This document shows, in pieces, positions 57,708 to 64,000 of a stretch of 64,000 bases of DNA. This DNA comes from Mesotaenium endlicherianum. Lineage: Eukaryota. Every line of letters begins with the position of its first letter. Within the stretch, counting starts at the first letter, position 1. The notes beneath the pieces are model-generated. The model was given only the letters and a program-made list of their open reading frames with translations. It ran no database searches and had not been told where the DNA came from. A program made the translations under genes and the position numbers. The stretch is from assembly GCA_009602735.1 (NCBI GenBank), contig WELA01000930.1:1-64000 (forward strand). Direction: 5' to 3'.

Positions 57708-58901
57708 TTATTCTATTGTTCTTTCTGTTATTTTTCCGGTTTGTTTGTGTTTGAGGATTATCTTTTTTGCACCGAAGTGGGTCATTTCTTCTTTGATGAG
57801 ATAATGTTCGGCGTCGTAAGGTACGAGGTGACTTTCTTTAGTCAATCCTGTTTGTCCGCGCCAGATATCCAGTTTCACCGGCTCCCATATTTTAGTTTTC
57901 GCTGAGCGGTAAGCTGCATCCAAAATAGCATTCACCACGTAACCGTCGTAAAAAGTTTCTTTAGGAGCAACACCCTTTTCCATCGCATTGAACATGTCCA
58001 TGAACATGTGATTATAGCCCAGTTCGTTCAGTTCATCGCCAACAGGGAATAGCCAGCCAGTATTGCTTTCGGCTTTCTCTGCAATATAATCGCCGCCCTT
58101 ACCGGTGGTGAACATATCAAAGCCGGTGCGCAGGAAACTGTTGATCCAGATGGTGCCTTCGGTTCCCATCACTTCATCGCGCAGGTCGAGGCCGCCGCGG
58201 AAAGTCCAGCTCACTTCAAACTGGCCAATAGCGCCGTTCTCATATTTCACCAATCCAATGGCATGGTCTTCTGCATCGATGGGTTTTACCTGTGTATCGG
58301 CCCAACACATAACTTCAAGGGGTTTGATGTCTTTACCAATATAACTGCGGGTGATCTCCACGCAATGGCAACCCAGGTCGAGTATACAGCCGCCGCCTGC
58401 CTGTTCAATATCCCAGAACCATTCGCTGTGCGGACCAGGATGTGTTTCCCTCGACTTGGCCCACAATATCCTTCCAAGCGCACCGTTCTTCACGCTCTCG
58501 GAAGCTTTGATGAATTTGGGTGTATATACCAGGTCTTCCAGGTAACCATTAAAAATACCCGCTGCTTCTACGGCCAGTAACATGCGCTTGGCTTCTTCGG
58601 CATTGCGTCCGAGCGGTTTGGTGGTCATCACCGCTTTTTTGTGTTTGCAGCACAACATCACCGCTTCTTCATGCAGGTTATTGGGTAAAGAGATGCATAC
58701 AATGTCCACATCCGGATGTGCAATGGCTTCTTCCATTTTAATGGTCCAGTGCGTGCATCCATAATCTGCTGCAAATTTCCGGGCGCTTTCTTCACGACGG
58801 GAATAAATGCTGATCACTTTATCACGGCTTCTGTAACCTTGCAGGGAATCGGCATAAAACCTGCCAATGAACCCCGAGCCAAGCATGGCAATTCTTTTCA
58901 T
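57708..58901 (-). CDS. Gfo/Idh/MocA NAD(P)-dependent oxidoreductase
   Basis: GSGFIG, LPNNLH, TKP, GGGCILDLGCH. Confidence 0.9.
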   Translation of the reverse strand: MKRIAMLGSGFIGRFYADSLQGYRSRDKVISIYSRREESARKFAADYGCTHWTIKMEEAIAHPDVDIVCISLPNNLHEEAVMLCCKHKKAVMTTKPLGRNAEEAKRMLLAVEAAGIFNGYLEDLVYTPKFIKASESVKNGALGRILWAKSRETHPGPHSEWFWDIEQAGGGCILDLGCHCVEITRSYIGKDIKPLEVMCWADTQVKPIDAEDHAIGLVKYENGAIGQFEVSWTFRGGLDLRDEVMGTEGTIWINSFLRTGFDMFTTGKGGDYIAEKAESNTGWLFPVGDELNELGYNHMFMDMFNAMEKGVAPKETFYDGYVVNAILDAAYRSAKTKIWEPVKLDIWRGQTGLTKESHLVPYDAEHYLIKEEMTHFGAKKIILKHKQTGKITERTIE

Positions 58902-58934
58902 CTCTTAGTATTTATCGTTTTTAAATCAGGAAGA

Positions 58935-60122
58935 TCAGGCTTCCTTTTTTTCTTTGAAGAATAAAATAAAATACAGCAATACGCCGAGGGCAATATAGGC
59001 AGGCACAAACCAGATTTGTTGCCAGTTATGCAGTTGGCCATTCTTGTGCTGGTCTACAATATACCCGCTAAAACCGGTACCGATGAACATGCCTAATCCG
59101 TATGTAGCAAACGTAAACAGCCCCTGCGCAGCATTCTTGATTTTCTCACCTGCTTTTTTCTCGGTATACATATAACCGGTAACAAAAAAGAAATCATAGC
59201 AAACACCATGCAGTATAATACCGGCATACAACATCCAGGTACCTGTATCGATATTGCCATAAGCAAAACAGAGATAACGCAGTATCCAGGCCGTCATGCC
59301 CAGCAGGATCATTTTTTTAACACCAATGCGATTGAATAAAAAAGGAATGGCCAATATGAAAACGGCTTCCGATACCTGTCCGAGTGTCATTTTACCCGCC
59401 GCATTCGAAAACCCGATCTCGTTGAGAAACGGATTGGCAAAACCATAATAAAAAGAAAGCGGAATACACACCAATATGGCAGCAATGAAAAAGATGAGGT
59501 AAGGTCTGTTCCTGAATAATACAAAAGCGGCTGCTCCCAGCGCTTTGGATGCGGTAACATTGTCGGCTGCCGCTTTGGGTGGTGTATGGGGTAGCACGAA
59601 ACTGAACAGGCCCAGTCCAGCAGATACGGCCGCTGCCATATAAAAAGTGGACGATGTTTTTTCTATGCCCAGTTTACCAATGAAGAGGCCGGCTACGATC
59701 CATCCCAGCGTACCGAATACCCTTATCCAGGGAAACTGTTTGCCGGGATTGTTCATTTGTGTGAAAGCTACGTTATTGCTCAGCGCAATAGTAGGCATGT
59801 AGAGCAGGGAATAGGCCAGGATGATCCAATAAAAAGCATCGTTGTTTTCTATTTTGGTGGCCAGGAACAACAAGGCACCGCCAACCAGGTGCAATACACC
59901 CATAATGCGTTGTGCGGCGAAGAAACGGTCGGCTATCAATCCCACAAAAAAAGGAGAGATCATGGTGGCAATGGCCAGTGCGCTGTAAGCAGCGCCGATC
60001 TGGAAGCCACTGGCGTGTAAATGTTCGCCCATATAAGTGCCCATGGTCACATACCAGGCGCCCCAGATAAAATATTCGAAGAACATCATGATGGCCAGCA
60101 GGAAACCAGTTCTGTTTTTCAT
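58935..60122 (-). CDS. MFS nucleoside:H+ symporter-family permease
   Basis: About 12 TM helices; FFVGLIADRFF, IRVFGTLGW, LHGVCYDFFF. Confidence 0.88.
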   Translation of the reverse strand: MKNRTGFLLAIMMFFEYFIWGAWYVTMGTYMGEHLHASGFQIGAAYSALAIATMISPFFVGLIADRFFAAQRIMGVLHLVGGALLFLATKIENNDAFYWIILAYSLLYMPTIALSNNVAFTQMNNPGKQFPWIRVFGTLGWIVAGLFIGKLGIEKTSSTFYMAAAVSAGLGLFSFVLPHTPPKAAADNVTASKALGAAAFVLFRNRPYLIFFIAAILVCIPLSFYYGFANPFLNEIGFSNAAGKMTLGQVSEAVFILAIPFLFNRIGVKKMILLGMTAWILRYLCFAYGNIDTGTWMLYAGIILHGVCYDFFFVTGYMYTEKKAGEKIKNAAQGLFTFATYGLGMFIGTGFSGYIVDQHKNGQLHNWQQIWFVPAYIALGVLLYFILFFKEKKEA

Positions 60123-60238
60123 TTTCTTTCGTTAGATTTAATCCGTGTTTAACGGCATTTTGTGCGTGTTCAATATAGGGATAATTGACAAGTAAAAGTT
60201 AACCCATCGCGATTATTTCTTGATATCAAACCTCATCC

Positions 60239-61255
60239 ATGAAAAAACGATTGCTTGTGTTTGCGGCAGCCTGTATGGTTTGTATGGCTGTTGCCGCACA
60301 ACAGCCCGATAGTACTTACGCCGAAAAACTAGGCTTCCCCAAAGGAGCCAGGGTACTCATCTTACACGTAGATGATGTAGGCATGTCGTATGATTCCAAT
60401 GAAGGAGCTATTAAAGCCATGACAGAAGGCGTCGCTACTTCCTGTAGCGTGATGATGCCTTGTCCCTGGGTGCCGGCCTTTGTACATTATTACAAAGAAC
60501 ACCCAAAGTTGGATGTAGGATTACACCTCACGCTTACGGCAGAATGGAAGGGTTACCGGTGGGGACCGCTTTCGGGAAAAAAGGTCACCCCCGGACTGGT
60601 AGATGGGGAAGGTGCACTCTGGCCTTCTGTTGCAGCAGTGGTAGAACATGCGAGTGCAGCGGAAGTAGGGACAGAAATTGCTGCACAACTGGAAAGGGCC
60701 AGGAACATGGGTTTTGAGCCTACACACCTCGATACACACATGGGAACATTACTGGCCAAGCCGGATTTTGCGCAACAATACATAGAACTGGGCATCAGGA
60801 ACCATATCCCTGTTATGGTGCCCGGAGGTCATGCGAAACTGATCAGTGAACAGGCGCAGGCATCCGAAGCATTACTACAACAAATGCGGCAGGCAGGTAA
60901 AATGCTTTGGGCCAGCGGACTGCCCGTACTGGATGATCTGCACAACGGCAGTTATGGCGATAAAATTCCACAGGAATTGCAGGGCGATGATGCCAAAATA
61001 CAAGCGTTTAAAACACAGCAATACATCAAAGGTATCCGTTCATTGCTACCCGGACTTACCATGATGATCATGCATTGTACCGCTACTACAGAAGTATTTC
61101 CGCATATTTCCGATTCAGGTCCCGTTCGCCGGGGCGATATGCTGGCGATGTTAGACCCGGCATTGAAAAAAGCGATCCAGGATGAAGGTATCATACTTAC
61201 TACCTGGCGGGAAGTCAAAGAAAGAAGAGAGAAATTAAACAGAACCAATCCATAA
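60239..61255 (+). CDS. ChbG/YdjC-family carbohydrate deacetylase, secreted
   Basis: Signal peptide; LHVDDVG, GLHLTL, HLDTHMG, MH. Confidence 0.85.
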   Translation: MKKRLLVFAAACMVCMAVAAQQPDSTYAEKLGFPKGARVLILHVDDVGMSYDSNEGAIKAMTEGVATSCSVMMPCPWVPAFVHYYKEHPKLDVGLHLTLTAEWKGYRWGPLSGKKVTPGLVDGEGALWPSVAAVVEHASAAEVGTEIAAQLERARNMGFEPTHLDTHMGTLLAKPDFAQQYIELGIRNHIPVMVPGGHAKLISEQAQASEALLQQMRQAGKMLWASGLPVLDDLHNGSYGDKIPQELQGDDAKIQAFKTQQYIKGIRSLLPGLTMMIMHCTATTEVFPHISDSGPVRRGDMLAMLDPALKKAIQDEGIILTTWREVKERREKLNRTNP

Positions 61256-61266
61256 CCATCATCATC

Positions 61267-61992
61267 ATGAAAAAATTATTATTATCGTCCTGCCTTGCTT
61301 TAATGGCACTGATCAGTTTGTCTTTCATCAATTTTAAGAAAACGCCGAAAGTATTGGTGTTTGCACGTACCGTAAAATATCATCACGCTTCTATACCCAA
61401 GGGACTCGCAGCGATACAGCAATTGGGAAAAGAACATCATTTCGATGTGGATACTACTACCGATGCCAACCTGTTCACTGCGGATAACCTGAAAAAATAT
61501 GCAGCAGTGGTATTCCTGAGCACTACAGGGGATGTGCTGAACGATGAACAACAAACAGCCTTTGAACAGTATATCCGTTCAGGTGGCGGTTTTGTAGGCG
61601 TGCATGCGGCCACTGATACCGAATACGATTGGCCCTGGTACAATCAACTGGTAGGAGCCTATTTCAAAAGTCACCCCAAGCAACAGGAAGCTGTGCTCCA
61701 TATTGTAGACCATTCGCATCTTTCTACCAAACATTTACCGGCAGAGTGGAAGCGTAAAGACGAGTGGTATAATTTCAAAAGCATACAACCCAACCTGCAC
61801 ATACTGATCACCATCGATGAAAAATCTTATACAGGAGGAGAAAACGGCGATCTCCATCCCATGGCATGGTATCATGATTTTGATGGAGGGCATGCTTTTT
61901 ATACAGAGTTGGGTCATACTGATGAATCCTATGCAGATCCATTGTACCTGCAACATTTGTACGGAGGCATTGCATCGGTAATGAAAAAATAG
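61267..61992 (+). CDS. ThuA-like (trehalose utilisation) domain protein
   Basis: YHHASI, GGGFVGVHAATD, DEWY, FYTELGH. Confidence 0.88.
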   Translation: MKKLLLSSCLALMALISLSFINFKKTPKVLVFARTVKYHHASIPKGLAAIQQLGKEHHFDVDTTTDANLFTADNLKKYAAVVFLSTTGDVLNDEQQTAFEQYIRSGGGFVGVHAATDTEYDWPWYNQLVGAYFKSHPKQQEAVLHIVDHSHLSTKHLPAEWKRKDEWYNFKSIQPNLHILITIDEKSYTGGENGDLHPMAWYHDFDGGHAFYTELGHTDESYADPLYLQHLYGGIASVMKK

Positions 61993-62008
61993 AGATCAAT
62001 CTTTGTAC

Positions 62009-63181
62009 ATGAAAAGCAGTGATTCAAGAAGGCTTTCCTGGATAATCGGATGCGGACTTCTTTTGGTAGCAGCTTGCCAAATGCCAGGTAAAAAAACAAC
62101 AGCGCCGGTGTCAGACAGTTCCTGGGCGTTGTTAGGTTTCGAAAAACTCGATAGTGTTAATCCGGTGCTGATGCCAGGTACCGGCCGGTTCATCGATCCC
62201 ATACGCCAACAACCAATCTTTTGGGAAGAAAAAGATGTATTCAATCCTGCCATTGTAGTGCGCAATGATACCGTATACATGCTCTATCGTGCGCAGGACA
62301 AGATCGGATTGCCCGGTGGCACTTCTCGTATTGGATTAGCTTACAGCACCGATGCAATGCATTTTACGCGATTAGCCACACCGGTACTGTATCCAGATAA
62401 AGATGCCTATCAACAATATGAATGGGAAGGCGGCTGCGAAGATCCCAGGATCATAGAAGATGATAAAGGCATCTACTATATGACGTACACTGCTTTCGAT
62501 GGTAAAACAGCCAGGTTAATGGTCGCGGTTTCAAATGATTTGCTGCATTGGACCAAACAGGGACCGGCTTTTGCAACCGCTTATGAGGGCAGGTACCTGA
62601 ATGCATGGTCGAAATCGGGATCCATTGTATCACGGTACACAAAAGGAAAGATCATCGCAACAAAGATTCATGGTAAATATTGGATGTATTGGGGCGATAA
62701 ATTCATTTATGCAGCTACTTCAGATGACCTGATTCACTGGACTCCTATTGAAATGGCTGCCGGTGAACAACCTTCGGCTCCTTTAAAGGGAGAAGCGAAA
62801 CAAACGCCACGGTTAAAAATTGTGGTGGCTACACGCGATGGTAAATTCGACTGCGATCTTGTAGAATCCGGCCCACCTGCCATGCTTACAGACAGCGGCA
62901 TTTTGCTGATCTATAACAGCCGCAATATTCCTGCCATCGGCGATACGAGTTTGCCTGAAGGCACTTATGCAGCAGGACAGGCATTACTAAATAAAGACAA
63001 CCCTTTGCAATTGAACAAAAGGTTGTCGCATCATTTCATGCACCCCGATAAACCTTATGAAATCAATGGCCAGGTAAACCGGGTATGTTTTTTAGAGGGA
63101 TTGGCTCAATTCCATAACCAGTGGTTTTTGTATTATGGCACAGCCGATTCCAAAATAGCAGTAGCGAGGTCCGGTTATTAA
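62009..63181 (+). CDS. Glycoside hydrolase family 130 lipoprotein (probable hydrolytic beta-mannosidase subgroup)
   Basis: Lipobox VAAC; VFNPA, LYRA, GCEDPR, ESGPP, YYGTADS. Confidence 0.82.
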   Translation: MKSSDSRRLSWIIGCGLLLVAACQMPGKKTTAPVSDSSWALLGFEKLDSVNPVLMPGTGRFIDPIRQQPIFWEEKDVFNPAIVVRNDTVYMLYRAQDKIGLPGGTSRIGLAYSTDAMHFTRLATPVLYPDKDAYQQYEWEGGCEDPRIIEDDKGIYYMTYTAFDGKTARLMVAVSNDLLHWTKQGPAFATAYEGRYLNAWSKSGSIVSRYTKGKIIATKIHGKYWMYWGDKFIYAATSDDLIHWTPIEMAAGEQPSAPLKGEAKQTPRLKIVVATRDGKFDCDLVESGPPAMLTDSGILLIYNSRNIPAIGDTSLPEGTYAAGQALLNKDNPLQLNKRLSHHFMHPDKPYEINGQVNRVCFLEGLAQFHNQWFLYYGTADSKIAVARSGY

Positions 63182-63203
63182 TTGTGCACGTAATTCCTAT
63201 GCA

Positions 63204-64000
63204 TCAGCATTTTTCCAATGCCTGCAAAATATCCTCGAGGATATCGTCTTTGTGCTCAAGGCCAACGCTGATGCGGATCAGTCCGGGCGTAATATTCACG
63301 GCCTGTCTTTCTTCTTCGCTAAGCTTGGCATGCGTGGTGCTCGCAGGATGTGAAGCAATGCTGCGTGTATCGCCGAGGTTGGCAGTCAATGATAAAATAT
63401 CGAGCGCATCAAGGAACTTGCGGCCTGCTTCAATGCCTCCTTTTAGTTCAAAACAGACGATCCCGCCTCCGTTCTGCATTTGTTTTACAGCAATTGCATG
63501 CTGCGGATGACTTTTGAGGAAAGGATATTTGAGCCAGCTTAGCTTCGGATGTTTCTCCAGCTTTTCTGCGATATAGTGTGCATTGGCTGCATGACGTTCC
63601 ATGCGCACTTCGAGCGTTTCCATGCTGCGGCTCAATACCCATGCATTGAAAGGAGAGAGGGCGGGGCCGGTACTGCGGCAAAAAAGATAAATATCCTTGA
63701 TCAGATCTTTGCGGCCAACTACCACACCACCCAAAACGCGTCCCTGTCCGTCGAGCCACTTGGTGGCGGAATGCACCACAAGATCAGCGCCATAGGCAAT
63801 GGGCTGTTGAGCCACCGGGGTAGCGAAGCAATTATCCACGTTCAGGATGATCTTGTGCTTTTTAGCCAATTTGCCGATCATTTCCAGGTCCAGTATGTCA
63901 AGCCCCGGGTTGGTGGGCGTTTCAAGGTAGATCATCTTTGTATTGGGCCGGATGGCAGCTTCCCATTCGGCTTCCGTGGCCGTGGCGCTCACATAACTAT
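63204..64000 (-). CDS. metZ: O-succinylhomoserine sulfhydrylase / trans-sulfuration PLP enzyme (5'-truncated by the window)
   Basis: ETPTNP, VDNCF, HSATKWLDGQGR, NLGD, HPASTTH, RISVGLE. The frame is open to the window edge. Confidence 0.8.
   Translation of the reverse strand, partial: SYVSATATEAEWEAAIRPNTKMIYLETPTNPGLDILDLEMIGKLAKKHKIILNVDNCFATPVAQQPIAYGADLVVHSATKWLDGQGRVLGGVVVGRKDLIKDIYLFCRSTGPALSPFNAWVLSRSMETLEVRMERHAANAHYIAEKLEKHPKLSWLKYPFLKSHPQHAIAVKQMQNGGGIVCFELKGGIEAGRKFLDALDILSLTANLGDTRSIASHPASTTHAKLSEEERQAVNITPGLIRISVGLEHKDDILEDILQALEKC

Overview
A 64 kb chromosomal window from a Bacteroidota genome. A Chitinophagaceae-like organism is suggested by SusC/SusD, TAnnTTTG -7 promoter boxes, split pntA and a DUF5689-type protein. 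Most of it is housekeeping: rpsF-rpsR-rplI, htpG, recJ, ispB, thyA-folA, pntAB, fmt, slyD, pepT and a truncated metZ. Three accessory modules stand out. (1) 15.4-24.2 kb, the best candidate for an undescribed system: a tightly packed six-gene minus-strand operon. It encodes a membrane Ser/Thr kinase fused to an FGE/C-type-lectin-fold domain, a membrane-anchored PP2C phosphatase, a J-domain-like/FHA fusion, an apparently GTPase-dead dynamin-like membrane protein, a dedicated lid-less Hsp70, and a secreted ankyrin plus FGE-domain protein. (2) 2.0-7.1 kb: a secreted EEP nuclease, a TonB-dependent-like barrel and a DUF5689-like lipoprotein, a putative extracellular DNA utilisation locus. (3) 38.3-63.2 kb: a glycoside utilisation region with two GMC dehydrogenases, SusCD, an FG-GAP/ASPIC protein, a vanadium haloperoxidase-like lipoprotein, GH3, a Tat TIM-barrel, Gfo/Idh/MocA, ThuA and GH130. 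It carries a shared GT-N7-AC palindrome that probably defines the regulon of the local NUDIX/NrtR repressor. No integrase, transposase, CRISPR array, tRNA or rRNA was recognised. All calls come from motif reading by eye; no searches were run.
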